This document shows, one piece after another, positions 12,598 to 25,615 of a stretch of 64,000 nucleotides of DNA (positions within the stretch are counted from its first letter, which is position 1; every line of letters begins with the position of its first letter). The notes under the pieces are model-generated. The model was not told the origin of the DNA. It did no database searches and worked only from the letters and a program-made list of their open reading frames with translations. The DNA comes from Convolutriloba macropyga (Eukaryota). The stretch spans positions 86,056,001 through 86,120,000 of the forward strand of contig NC_134468.1 in assembly GCF_964194025.1 (NCBI RefSeq). Direction: 5' to 3'. The translations under genes were made by a program, and so were the position numbers.

Positions 12598-13181
12598 ATT
12601 TTAGACCAGTATCCCCCAAAATAAATTATTTTTCTCTTTCGGCTTATCGCTATTTCTGAGCAACTTTACGTTAACATTCATATGCTATTTTAAAACATGG
12701 AGCATTTGTTGAGGAATCAGCCAATCAGAAAGCAATACTCCAATTTACTCAATTGTGATTGGCGAGCAATAGAATGTCTATATTTTGGTACGTCTGCCAT
12801 TTTCACTAGCGCCGTTAAATTGAATTAGGATGCAAACCACTTATGTATCCGGCTATTAGAGATATTATTCCTAATTTATTATGAAAGTTCCACATGCATA
12901 AGTTATTGCGGTTTTTATTTCTTTCTAATTGCGCTTGAACGAAGTTGGAATCAATAGCCTGAGTTGTCTTTCTTCTACAATAATTTTTTGAATTGGCTAC
13001 AATTGCCCCTCCCCCTAACCAACGCCCTCCGGATTGAAGTCCACAAAAACTATTCCGAGGCGATTATTCGGGTGCAATTTGTACGTCGTTAGTTGTTCAT
13101 GCTCTGTTTATGCGTGCCCTTTTCCATTTTTTCACTGTTAGGAGTGCTTGTTCTCGTTGAATTTAATTTCAAAATTTGTAG

Positions 13182-13226
13182 GTGGACTGTCCTCGAAATC
13201 TGGCCAAATCAGTGACTGTGGAGTGA
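13182..13226 (+). CDS. GFPT: GFAT terminal coding exon (copy 1)
   Basis: TTTGTAG acceptor, then VDCPRNLAKSVTVE-stop, the conserved GFAT C-terminus; in phase with the donor at 5530. AATAAA at ~13254. Confidence 0.96.
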   Translation: MDCPRNLAKSVTVE

Positions 13227-16200
13227 GACCAGAGAAAACATTCAGTGGAACCCAATAAAGCTGTTCAATATCTGATGAATACAGTACTCACTCACATGTA
13301 CTTGGTTATCTTTTGCAATCATCGCCTGAATTCGGGAACCTATGGAACGGTTCTTGGAGAAAGTTATTGCTCACGTATTTCCAATTCCGGAACCTATGGA
13401 AGGGATCTTTTTCCAATGGATTCTGAGCTTGTCTCTGTTGCAACGATCAATTTATATGACCAAATTTTCACCATATTTTCTTTGCAAATGTCTGTTCTAC
13501 TTATTTATGCAATCTCATCGTTTGTTTAATGGAGCTCTTGACTCACGTTTCGTCTGTTCAACAGAAGGAGTTCTTGGAGAACTTTCACCAATCAAACGAA
13601 TTTGGAATAAATTTTGAAGGGGTATGATGTTAATAATGAAATTAAAACTAGGTGCTACTATATGAAGATAAATATTACCCTGTTCATAAATAAATGTATT
13701 ATAGCTGCAACTGTTAATGGGTGCAATTTCACTTAAAACCACCGAAATTCTGATAATATTCATCTTAGTTCTTAGGCTTAAATATTGCATGCCACGAAAT
13801 AAAATTTGAAGTTTCACTGGGCTCAACATAATTTTTCTTAGCTATAATAATCAGAAATTTTTTTCCAATATAGTTATTTCGGGTCCTCTTTATAGACTCC
13901 CCCCGTCCCGAAGTTCAGGTATAATTACCATGATTGGGGGGCTTTACCTTATATGAAGATATGGTGGTGGTGGGGGGGGGGGGGTCGATCTTTATGAGAT
14001 GCAGGTACTTTACATGTTATCAAAATTTCAGTGAGCGTCATTTTGTCTGTTAAAATTTGGCTTATTTCTCTGTATAATGTTGAAAGTAGTATTGTTATAA
14101 ATGCTGTCCATCTTGTCTATTGATATAGTGGGTGGGGTATTATGGTTGTTTGTTCTGTGTCTTACTGTTGCCGCCTGGAGTAGTTAGAATCTAATGTGGA
14201 TCTTCAAATTTATTTCCTTTTATTCTTTAATAAATACTTCAATTTTACCAAGACTCAAAGTTGTTCAATAAATAGTCTTCTCTGCCAAATTTTTGAAATG
14301 AACCTCAATTAGGAACTGAATGCGAGTTTCAGATGCTGTACGACGCACTTTTGAGTGAACGCCAGTCGAGACCGGATGGCTATCTTGCAAGACGATTGGT
14401 TATCTTGCCAAATTTTACAAGATCTTGCAAGTTAAACATTTGAAATTGACTTAGGAGTCGAGAGCAAAAATAAAATATTTGTTACTCACCGAAAATGCGA
14501 ACTCGGAAATAATTTACACAGTCATAATATTATAATAAGGATGTGGTTTGAATAGCTCGTATTCTGAAGTTAAGTCTGTTGCTAAAATAAAACCGATTGT
14601 GATCGATGAGCTTAAATAGCCCCTGTCGCGATCAGGTTAAGGCCATGGACTTCTTTGTAGAGGACGGGGGATAGAACCTCACCATTGTCAAAGTTTTTGC
14701 GCCTGTACCGTTCTAAATTGTTTGCCTCGCCAGTGGTTTGAGAGCAATTCGCCCGACGTTGGTCGTTTTTTTAAACTTCATACTGCGATAAAAGTTAGTA
14801 CTTTTCAACCACCCCCTCTTTCGAATTCAGTTTTTTGTATTCATGTCGCTTTTAAATTGACCTTCGTCTGCACCGTCAACTTTTGATATGATAATAAGTT
14901 TTTTTCATACGAATGAACAGTATAATTTGAAACGGCCTCTCGCGATTATTTAAAATGGCTTTACTTGCTGACCTTTACAAGCAAACTCAAGAAAACGCAT
15001 TCTAATTGAAAACTAGTTCAGCGCAAAATCGGCGACATCATACAAGTTCATCAAAAAAGTTTGTTTATCTCGATATGACTCTCAACTCTTCGAATTCGTT
15101 GTTGTCTCAGGGTAGGATGACAAATTTTTTGTTCCGACCCACTTTAGTGGGGGGAGGAACTATATACTCTAATGGACTTTTTTTCGTTGTCAATTTTGGC
15201 CGATCGATATAATCATGGTAGAAAGTTGTGTGTGGTATCACTAGAAAGCCCGTCCAGCGTAGAGTATGGAATTAAAAAGTGTTTTTGATTTTCACTTTTT
15301 ACAGCGAGTTATCGAGGTTTAAAATTTTGGGAATAGAAGAAGATATTCCGTTGTTTTTTTCACATTTTCCGTAATTTTGGCCAAATTTTCGCGAATTTTG
15401 CTAAAATATGTTAATTGTTAACGGTAGTGGGATTGATTTTATCTTTAAAGATAGACGAGGGTTGTTGATTTGTTCAATCTGAGTTTTCTTGGCTATAATT
15501 CACGCTAGATTTCTAAATGCAGACTTTTTTTGTCGAAAATGGGACCAAATATGTTTTTTTTAGCCCACTTTCTTTAAATTTGCCGGAAGTGGACACCTTA
15601 AGACTGCTGTCATATTCTTCGTTAGCTCGACAAAAGCTAGCTGTTCTCCCACTGGCTTTAATAGTCTTCTGGAATTATAACAGCCAGTTTTTCGCAATTT
15701 TTAACTCGATGATTATTCAAAATGTATTTTTTTTGATATTATACTGTGTTTACAAAAAATGAGACCCAGGTTTTTATGGCTCTGACCAATTGTTTTTGTA
15801 AAATTGTATGGACTTATGTTCTGCTTTCATTTGTATTTTTTTTTGTAGTCCACTGACTTAGTCTCCTCAATCAGTGATCAATTGACTTTTTATGAGGAAG
15901 AAGGGAACCGAGTCAATGCTTTCAGTTGTTATCTAATGTCTCATGACTTTGAATACATTTGTTTTCAGAAACTGTCTGTGCTTTTTCGAACTTTGCAACT
16001 ATTTAAAAATAATTCAGTCGAACTTTGCAACTATTTTCGAACTTTGCAGCTATTCAGTCTCAGTAAAAACAGGCGGAAAACTATTGCTTGAGAGTTGACG
16101 GGTGCAATTGAAGGAAAGTATAGTCAACAAAATAAACAGCGTTGAAAAAAGGCGTATCTAAATATGTTTCTTGATTTTGTTAAATAGTTTATTCTTTGGT

Positions 16201-18313
16201 CTGAGACACAAGTTCTCTAGCAATATTTAGTGGATGTTTTTTGTCTTTGCGTATGTTTGTCTTGCCTTTTGTTTTTGTACAACATATACCTGATAATTGG
16301 TTATTTCAGTTGCTCTAGGACCCATTACTGATTCACTTTAAAGATTTCGTTTTATAGCTTGTTTTTTTGACTTTCAAGTTAATTTTAAATAAAGTTTTCA
16401 ACTGTCCTTTTTTCTCTCATTTTTGCCACCATGTAACTCAATCTCGTCTCACTATTAGGTAGTCTCAAATTCTTGTTGCTTCAAACAACAAAAGTATGTT
16501 TGTTAGTTTTTTCTCTGTTAGTTATTTATTTTGACTAATGGCTTCGACAATATAATTTCACTAAAAATTTTAGATTTTTCTACTGTTAATTTTGGTAATT
16601 TTGGGTCTTTTTGTAGTCGTTTCTCCGTTTTCATTTTATAAGGAAGACACTCGTTTTCAAAAACATTGTAATTTTGAGCTCTGCGATTTTTATTTCTTTT
16701 TCAGTCGATTGGTAGCTTATTATCTATAGAGACAGGTTACGACCCGTTTCCAGTAATGTATAATTTAATCTTTAAACCGGTTTTTATTTCAACCAGTTGT
16801 TTGGATTTGTTACTTCTGTTACCACGAGAGTTCATAATGTTTTTTATTTGCACATTTTAACCGGCTTTTATTTTCTTTTTAAAATATATCAATAAAGGTA
16901 GGTACCATTGGCTTTGAAATATTGAGCAATTGAACATTTTTGATGATCTGTGACAAGTTTATGGTTTTAACGGCTTCACTGCAATTTCTTCGCAAAGTTG
17001 AATTAAACTTTTTAATTCTGCTGGTTTTTGTAGTCGGATGACGTACACTGGATAATGACAGGTATCAATTGCTTCCTATGGAGATATACATGAAGATCTT
17101 AGCGATTTCAGTTAATATCTTAAGACAATAATCACTTCGAATTTAAATGTTTTTGTAAAAAGAAACGTATTTTTGAACTTCGCTCCTTTTTGCTCTTTTT
17201 TGTGGACTTGTTACCCAGTCGCTTGAGGACAGGTCCCACATTTTTTCTAATGTATTATAGGTTAATTTGTTTTGTCTAACATTTTATCTTATGCGAGTTT
17301 GATATTGTTATGATCTTGTTAATGTATATCGAGTTTTGGTCGTTATTAATGTTTATTTGGTTTTTATTATCCTTTTCTAGTATTCTTATTAACAACAAAT
17401 TTCATTAACAACAATTCTTATTAACAACAAAGAATGTGGATTAGCAGGGCCGTAACAATGTGCGTACGCACATTACCAAGCCTCCTTGATTTGTCTATCT
17501 GACAAATGTGTTGAGATAGTCGCTGGTGTGTGTAGGGGGGGTGTGAATGACCACGGATAGATAATCTTTCCGCTATTTCAGGATAAAATTGCTATTTAAA
17601 CAATGCTTTTGAAACTTACCTACGCTTTATTTCTTTTTTCCCTCATTCGGATAGACGCACACTCGGAAAGATTGGCGTCCTTTCCAACATTTTCATTGGC
17701 GGAAAATTGTTAAAATTTCTTCCACAAACGTGTTTTAGTTGAAAGTAGCAGCTCAATTTCGCGAATATCTACCTGATTTTTACCAATCTGTTAATATTTA
17801 TCCAATAATTCTGTTTAAAGCTCTATATCTCCTTCTCGATGTTCGGAATCAGCCAATCAGAAAGCAATACTCCAATTTACTCAATTGTGATTGGCGAGCA
17901 ATAGAATGTCTATATTTTGGTACGTCTGCCATTTTCACTAGCGCCGTTAAATTGAATTAGGATGCAAACCACTTATGTATCCGGCTATTAGAGATATTAT
18001 TCCTAATTTATTATGAAAGTTCCACATGCATAAGTTATTGCGGTTTTTATTTCTTTCTAATTGCGCTTGAACGAAGTTGGAATCAATAGCCTGAGTTGTC
18101 TTTCTTCTACAATAATTTTTTGAATTGGCTACAATTGCCCCTCCCCCTAACCAACGCCCTCCGGATTGAAGTCCACAAAAACTATTCCGAGGCGATTATT
18201 CGGGTGCAATTTGTACGTCGTTAGTTGTTCATGCTCTGTTTATGCGTGCCCTTTTCCATTTTTTCACTGTTAGGAGTGCTTGTTCTCGTTGAATTTAATT
18301 TCAAAATTTGTAG

Positions 18314-18358
18314 GTGGACTGTCCTCGAAATCTGGCCAAATCAGTGACTGTGGAGTGA
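18314..18358 (+). CDS. GFPT: GFAT terminal coding exon (duplicate copy 2)
   Basis: Identical to 13182-13226 including the acceptor; lies in the second half of the tandem duplication. Confidence 0.7.
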   Translation: MDCPRNLAKSVTVE

Positions 18359-21300
18359 GACCAGAGAAAACATTCAGTGGAACCCAATAAAGCTGTTCAA
18401 TATCTGATGAATACAGTACTCACTCACATGTACTTGGTTATCTTTTGCAATCATCGCCTGAATTCGGGAACCTATGGAACGGTTCTTGGAGAAAGTTATT
18501 GCTCACGTATTTCCAATTCCGGAACCTATGGAAGGGATCTTTTTCCAATGGATTCTGAGCTTGTCTCTGTTGCAACGATCAATTTATATGACCAAATTTT
18601 CACCATATTTTCTTTGCAAATGTCTGTTCTACTTATTTATGCAATCTCATCGTTTGTTTAATGGAGCTCTTGACTCACGTTTCGTCTGTTCAACAGAAGG
18701 AGTTCTTGGAGAACTTTCACCAATCAAACGAATTTGGAATAAATTTTGAAGGGGTATGATGTTAATAATGAAATTAAAACTAGGTGCTACTATATGAAGA
18801 TAAATATTACCCTGTTCATAAATAAATGTATTATAGCTGCAACTGTTAATGGGTGCAATTTCACTTAAAACCACCGAAATTCTGATAATATTCATCTTAG
18901 TTCTTAGGCTTAAATATTGCATGCCACGAAATAAAATTTGAAGTTTCACTGGGCTCAACATAATTTTTCTTAGCTATAATAATCAGAAATTTTTTTCCAA
19001 TATAGTTATTTCGGGTCCTCTTTATAGACTCCCCCCGTCCCGAAGTTCAGGTATAATTACCATGATTGGGGGGCTTTACCTTATATGAAGATATGGTGGT
19101 GGTGGGGGGGGGGGTCGATCTTTATGAGATGCAGGTACTTTACATGTTATCAAAATTTCAGTGAGCGTCATTTTGTCTGTTAAAATTTGGCTTATTTCTC
19201 TGTATAATGTTGAAAGTAGTATTGTTATAAATGCTGTCCATCTTGTCTATTGATATAGTGGGTGGGGTATTATGGTTGTTTGTTCTGTGTCTTACTGTTG
19301 CCGCCTGGAGTAGTTAGAATCTAATGTGGATCTTCAAATTTATTTCCTTTTATTCTTTAATAAATACTTCAATTTTACCAAGACTCAAAGTTGTTCAATA
19401 AATAGTCTTCTCTGCCAAATTTTTGAAATGAACCTCAATTAGGAACTGAATGCGAGTTTCAGATGCTGTACGACGCACTTTTGAGTGAACGCCAGTCGAG
19501 ACCGGATGGCTATCTTGCAAGACGATTGGTTATCTTGCCAAATTTTACAAGATCTTGCAAGTTAAACATTTGAAATTGACTTAGGAGTCGAGAGCAAAAA
19601 TAAAATATTTGTTACTCACCGAAAATGCGAACTCGGAAATAATTTACACAGTCATAATATTATAATAAGGATGTGGTTTGAATAGCTCGTATTCTGAAGT
19701 TAAGTCTGTTGCTAAAATAAAACCGATTGTGATCGATGAGCTTAAATAGCCCCTGTCGCGATCAGGTTAAGGCCATGGACTTCTTTGTAGAGGACGGGGG
19801 ATAGAACCTCACCATTGTCAAAGTTTTTGCGCCTGTACCGTTCTAAATTGTTTGCCTCGCCAGTGGTTTGAGAGCAATTCGCCCGACGTTGGTCGTTTTT
19901 TTAAACTTCATACTGCGATAAAAGTTAGTACTTTTCAACCACCCCCTCTTTCGAATTCAGTTTTTTGTATTCATGTCGCTTTTAAATTGACCTTCGTCTG
20001 CACCGTCAACTTTTGATATGATAATAAGTTTTTTTCATACGAATGAACAGTATAATTTGAAACGGCCTCTCGCGATTATTTAAAATGGCTTTACTTGCTG
20101 ACCTTTACAAGCAAACTCAAGAAAACGCATTCTAATTGAAAACTAGTTCAGCGCAAAATCGGCGACATCATACAAGTTCATCAAAAAAGTTTGTTTATCT
20201 CGATATGACTCTCAACTCTTCGAATTCGTTGTTGTCTCAGGGTAGGATGACAAATTTTTTGTTCCGACCCACTTTAGTGGGGGGAGGAACTATATACTCT
20301 AATGGACTTTTTTTCGTTGTCAATTTTGGCCGATCGATATAATCATGGTAGAAAGTTGTGTGTGGTATCACTAGAAAGCCCGTCCAGCGTAGAGTATGGA
20401 ATTAAAAAGTGTTTTTGATTTTCACTTTTTACAGCGAGTTATCGAGGTTTAAAATTTTGGGAATAGAAGAAGATATTCCGTTGTTTTTTTCACATTTTCC
20501 GTAATTTTGGCCAAATTTTCGCGAATTTTGCTAAAATATGTTAATTGTTAACGGTAGTGGGATTGATTTTATCTTTAAAGATAGACGAGGGTTGTTGATT
20601 TGTTCAATCTGAGTTTTCTTGGCTATAATTCACGCTAGATTTCTAAATGCAGACTTTTTTTGTCGAAAATGGGACCAAATATGTTTTTTTAGCCCACTTT
20701 CTTTAAATTTGCCGGAAGTGGACACCTTAAGACTGCTGTCATATTCTTCGTTAGCTCGACAAAAGCTAGCTGTTCTCCCACTGGCTTTAATAGTCTTCTG
20801 GAATTATAACAGCCAGTTTTTCGCAATTTTTAACTCGATGATTATTCAAAATGTATTTTTTTTGATATTATACTGTGTTTACAAAAAATGAGACCCAGGT
20901 TTTTATGGCTCTGACCAATTGTTTTTGTAAAATTGTATGGACTTATGTTCTGCTTTCATTTGTATTTTTTTTTGTAGTCCACTGACTTAGTCTCCTCAAT
21001 CAGTGATCAATTGACTTTTTATGAGGAAGAAGGGAACCGAGTCAATGCTTTCAGTTGTTATCTAATGTCTCATGACTTTGAATACATTTGTTTTCAGAAA
21101 CTGTCTGTGCTTTTTCGAACTTTGCAACTATTTAAAAATAATTCAGTCGAACTTTGCAACTATTTTCGAACTTTGCAGCTATTCAGTCTCAGTAAAAACA
21201 GGCGGAAAACTATTGCTTGAGAGTTGACGGGTGCAATTGAAGGAAAGTATAGTCAACAAAATAAACAGCGTTGAAAAAAGGCGTATCTAAATATGTTTCT

Positions 21301-23703
21301 TGATTTTGTTAAATAGTTTATTCTTTGGTCTGAGACACAAGTTCTCTAGCAATATTTAGTGGATGTTTTTTGTCTTTGCGTATGTTTGTCTTGCCTTTTG
21401 TTTTTGTACAACATATACCTGATAATTGGTTATTTCAGTTGCTCTAGGACCCATTACTGATTCACTTTAAAGATTTCGTTTTATAGCTTGTTTTTTTGAC
21501 TTTCAAGTTAATTTTAAATAAAGTTTTCAACTGTCCTTTTTTCTCTCATTTTTGCCACCATGTAACTCAATCTCGTCTCACTATTAGGTAGTCTCAAATT
21601 CTTGTTGCTTCAAACAACAAAAGTATGTTTGTTAGTTTTTTCTCTGTTAGTTATTTATTTTGACTAATGGCTTCGACAATATAATTTCACTAAAAATTTT
21701 AGATTTTTCTACTGTTAATTTTGGTAATTTTGGGTCTTTTTGTAGTCGTTTCTCCGTTTTCATTTTATAAGGAAGACACTCGTTTTCAAAAACATTGTAA
21801 TTTTGAGCTCTGCGATTTTTATTTCTTTTTCAGTCGATTGGTAGCTTATTATCTATAGAGACAGGTTACGACCCGTTTCCAGTAATGTATAATTTAATCT
21901 TTAAACCGGTTTTTATTTCAACCAGTTGTTTGGATTTGTTACTTCTGTTACCACGAGAGTTCATAATGTTTTTTATTTGCACATTTTAACCGGCTTTTAT
22001 TTTCTTTTTAAAATATATCAATAAAGGTAGGTACCATTGGCTTTGAAATATTGAGCAATTGAACATTTTTGATGATCTGTGACAAGTTTATGGTTTTAAC
22101 GGCTTCACTGCAATTTCTTCGCAAAGTTGAATTAAACTTTTTAATTCTGCTGGTTTTTGTAGTCGGATGACGTACACTGGATAATGACAGGTATCAATTG
22201 CTTCCTATGGAGATATACATGAAGATCTTAGCGATTTCAGTTAATATCTTAAGACAATAATCACTTCGAATTTAAATGTTTTTGTAAAAAGAAACGTATT
22301 TTTGAACTTCGCTCCTTTTTGCTCTTTTTTGTGGACTTGTTACCCAGTCGCTTGAGGACAGGTCCCACATTTTTTCTAATGTATTATAGGTTAATTTGTT
22401 TTGTCTAACATTTTATCTTATGCGAGTTTGATATTGTTATGATCTTGTTAATGTATATCGAGTTTTGGTCGTTATTAATGTTTATTTGGTTTTTATTATC
22501 CTTTTCTAGTATTCTTATTAACAACAAATTTCATTAACAACAATTCTTATTAACAACAAAGAATGTGGATTAGCAGGGCCGTAACAATGTGCGTACGCAC
22601 ATTACCAAGCCTCCTTGATTTGTCTATCTGACAAATGTGTTGAGATAGTCGCTGGTGTGTGTAGGGGGGGTGTGAATGACCACGGATAGATAATCTTTCC
22701 GCTATTTCAGGATAAAATTGCTATTTAAACAATGCTTTTGAAACTTACCTACGCTTTATTTCTTTTTTCCCTCATTCGGATAGACGCACACTCGGAAAGA
22801 TTGGCGTCCTTTCCAACATTTTCATTGGCGGAAAATTGTTAAAATTTCTTCCACAAACGTGTTTTAGTTGAAAGTAGCAGCTCAATTTCGCGAATATCTA
22901 CCTGATTTTTACCAATCTGTTAATATTTATCCAATAATTCTGTTTAAAGCTCTATATCTCCTTCTCGATGTTGACGGCAAGGATTGAAGTTTTCAACGTT
23001 TGTTTGTACGATGAAAACTTTTTTGAAGGAATTTCTTCAGTTTGATTTTTGACATTTAAATGTTTTGACCATTTAAAGTGTCTAAAACGTTTGGTTATCA
23101 TAAAATGTTGACACCGAAGCTCTAATGCATCTGCTCCAGCGTCAGGTTTCTTATTCATTTTGTATAACAATTTGAAATCTTAAAGGTTATTAAGAATTTT
23201 GTCAATTTAAAGCTTCCGGATCAACTACTAGAGTAGTTATTGCAGGGGTTTTAATGAGCAGCTTCTGTTATGCATTAAGAGATTTTTGTTTCGCATTACT
23301 GAAAATCAGCTAATTTTTAGAAAAATCAGGCTAGTAAAGTAATGATAAACTACATTAATCTTCATCACGATCTTTATTTGATTTGCAGTTGTTAGCCCAA
23401 GAGATATTTGAACACCGAAACGTGTGACATTATATCATTTGGACAGTTTTTTTAAAAAAAAAATTGACTGTCCCTTCCTACATGCTCAGTACTCTAGTTT
23501 AAACTTTTTATTAGCTCTGAATATCTCACGCAGTATGCTGGGCGCTAGACTAGGTAGCAGAAGACGAAGCTTAAGCATAAGCCCCGGAAATCCACACTAC
23601 GCTTTAGTTACCCGATTATCAGTTTACATAAACGTTGGCGCTAATTGAGGCGGTGAAAAGACAATAACGTTGCTCAGATCGCATTCAAAGTTTCAGGTGT
23701 TAA

Positions 23704-23843
23704 ATGTCTCTATTGTTGAACAACCGTGGGCTGCCTCCAACTGTGAGTTGGAAACAGTTTTTGCCCAAAAGCCCTACGAAGAGAAGAGAGAAGCGTGGAC
23801 ACAGGAAGCTTTTCATAGCACCTGCACTCATACAAAAAAGCAG
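23704..23843 (+). CDS. EXOSC6: Exosome complex component MTR3, exon 1
   Basis: MSLLLNNRGLPPTVSWKQFLPKSPTKRREKRGHRKLFIAPALIQKS-AG|GTAACA. The phase-2 donor joins A-GGC-TCC to give KSRGSCYVECG, matching the RNase PH N-terminal R..R....R...GS.Y.E pattern. Confidence 0.85.
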
Positions 23844-24026
23844 GTAACATCAGTTATTTTTCTGACCTCCATTTTAGTGGCAGGAGGATGCTATATGGTC
23901 AACTGGTTTTTCTTGGTCAGTCAGTTTTGATCTTTCGATAGGCGTCTTGAAGAAATGGGCGTGTTTTTCTCATAATGGGCATGTTTGTAACTTTGTATGT
24001 CAATAATCAGCCGAGTTGATTAAAGG

Positions 24027-25024
24027 GGCCTCTCAACGGCTATTATTTAGTCGCTCTCTTTTACAATTCAAATAATTTGATTAGTATTGGGGGGCTGTCA
24101 TTTAAGCTCTGTTCACTCATTTCCATGATTTTTGAAGTCAAATTGGAGTAGTGATTTTGGTCACGCCGAAACAGGAAGTGGAGCGAAAAAGCGAGTGGTT
24201 TTGCGGCGTAAAATTTTTTCACTCTAATTTTAAAGAGTGAGCAAACGGTGTTTGAACAAAAATTCGCTTTCTCGCTACTGGTTTGTTTGTTCACGTGCGG
24301 CAATTTCACTTTGATTTTTACAATCAGTTTTTCAATTTTCTGGATCAGATTTTTTTTCTAAATGGTTTTCCCAATCCATTCATTCATAGTTCGTTTTCGG
24401 CCCAGTTTTTTGTTTGATCTAAATTGCCCTTCCTCACTAGTGGTTTTTGGTTCACATGCGGCATCTTGACATTAATTTTATGTTTTTTTTTCTATTTTTT
24501 TCTGATTTGTTTGGGAAATGGTTCTTGGTCTAGTTTTGTGCTTAGTCAGTAGCAATTCTTTAGTCAGTGAAAACATGTCCTGCTATGTTTTTTAATTCGC
24601 ATAAGTCAGGCATAAGATTTTCACGTTTGCCTTCTGACTAACTTACTCACTGTTTCAACTGAATGGATTGTAAACGCTTACAATCATGCAGTGTGGCATA
24701 TACTGTCAAAGTCAAAAGATTAAAATTGAAAGAGATACCCCAATAAACCGATAAAGCTCGGTCATTAAGTCATTGAGAATTAGCTTATTAAGTTCATTAG
24801 TGTTTGCCAGCTGACATTGGTATTGACCCTATTATTTGCTCTGTTTAGAAGCCGAATTAAGTATAGTTTTAGAATCTAACTGAAACTGTACGCCAAATTA
24901 GAATTCTTTTTGACACTGAAAAAAAACCAAAAAAATGCGGTCAATTCGTCTCTTCTTTTTTCTCTTTCAATCCCGATGTGCATCAAGCGCGTCAACGGCG
25001 GCTATTTTCCGGCAATCTGTCTGC
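24027..25024 (+). mobile_element. HINE/DINE-1-like element, family A
   Basis: Homologous to 3359-5280; ends GCGGCTATTTTCCGGCAATCTGTCTGC. Confidence 0.7.
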
Positions 25025-25127
25025 TTTTTTACTTTTAAATATGTAATTGAAGGTGAATAGAGTGGAACTAAAATACGGCGCTCAAGTCCTGAATGGACAG
25101 TTTTTTTCAAGTATTTGAGTAATTTTT

Positions 25128-25615
25128 AATAGCCGCCGTCAGCCTCTCAAAGGGCTATTTTTAAGGCGCTCATTTTTTTAATATTCCGCTGTTCATTTTG
25201 ATCACGTTTTTTGTTTTACATGAGTCAGGATTTGTACGTTTGACATCTGACTTACTTTACTCACTGTTTCAACTGAATGGACTTTTAAATTCTTTCGTGC
25301 ATTGAATTACGAAACAGTGAATCAAAACAGACGTGATAAACGGATGAAGCCCGGTCATTAGGTCATTGAAAATTAGGTTATCAAAGTTTATTAGAGAGTT
25401 TGCTAGCTGACATTGGTATTAAGCTTATTAAGGTTTCAGTTTAGAAGCTGAATTAAGAATGATGTTAGAATCCGACTGAAACTGCGCGACAAATTAAAAC
25501 ACTTTGACTCTAAAAAAAAAGAAAAATTCGGTCAATTTATTTTTTCTTTCTGTTTCAATCCCGATGTGATCAAGCCCGTCAACGGCGGCTATTTTCTGGC
25601 AACCTGTCGGCTATG
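25128..25615 (+). mobile_element. HINE/DINE-1-like element, family A
   Basis: AATAGCCGCCGTCAGCC...GCGGCTATTTTCTGGCAACCTGTCGGCTATG. Confidence 0.75.

Larger units (their letters stand above)
12713..22972. repeat. Near-identical 5.13-kb direct tandem duplication (12713-17844 / 17845-22972)
   Basis: Offset of 5132 bp; identical ORF-track entries in both halves; the differences I could see are homopolymer lengths. Confidence 0.97.

Noticed and set aside
13245-21220. Duplicated ORFs of 68-104 aa in the 5.13-kb duplication
   Set aside because: They lie in the GFAT 3' UTR and repeat-derived DNA, have no recognisable motifs, and recur only because of the duplication.
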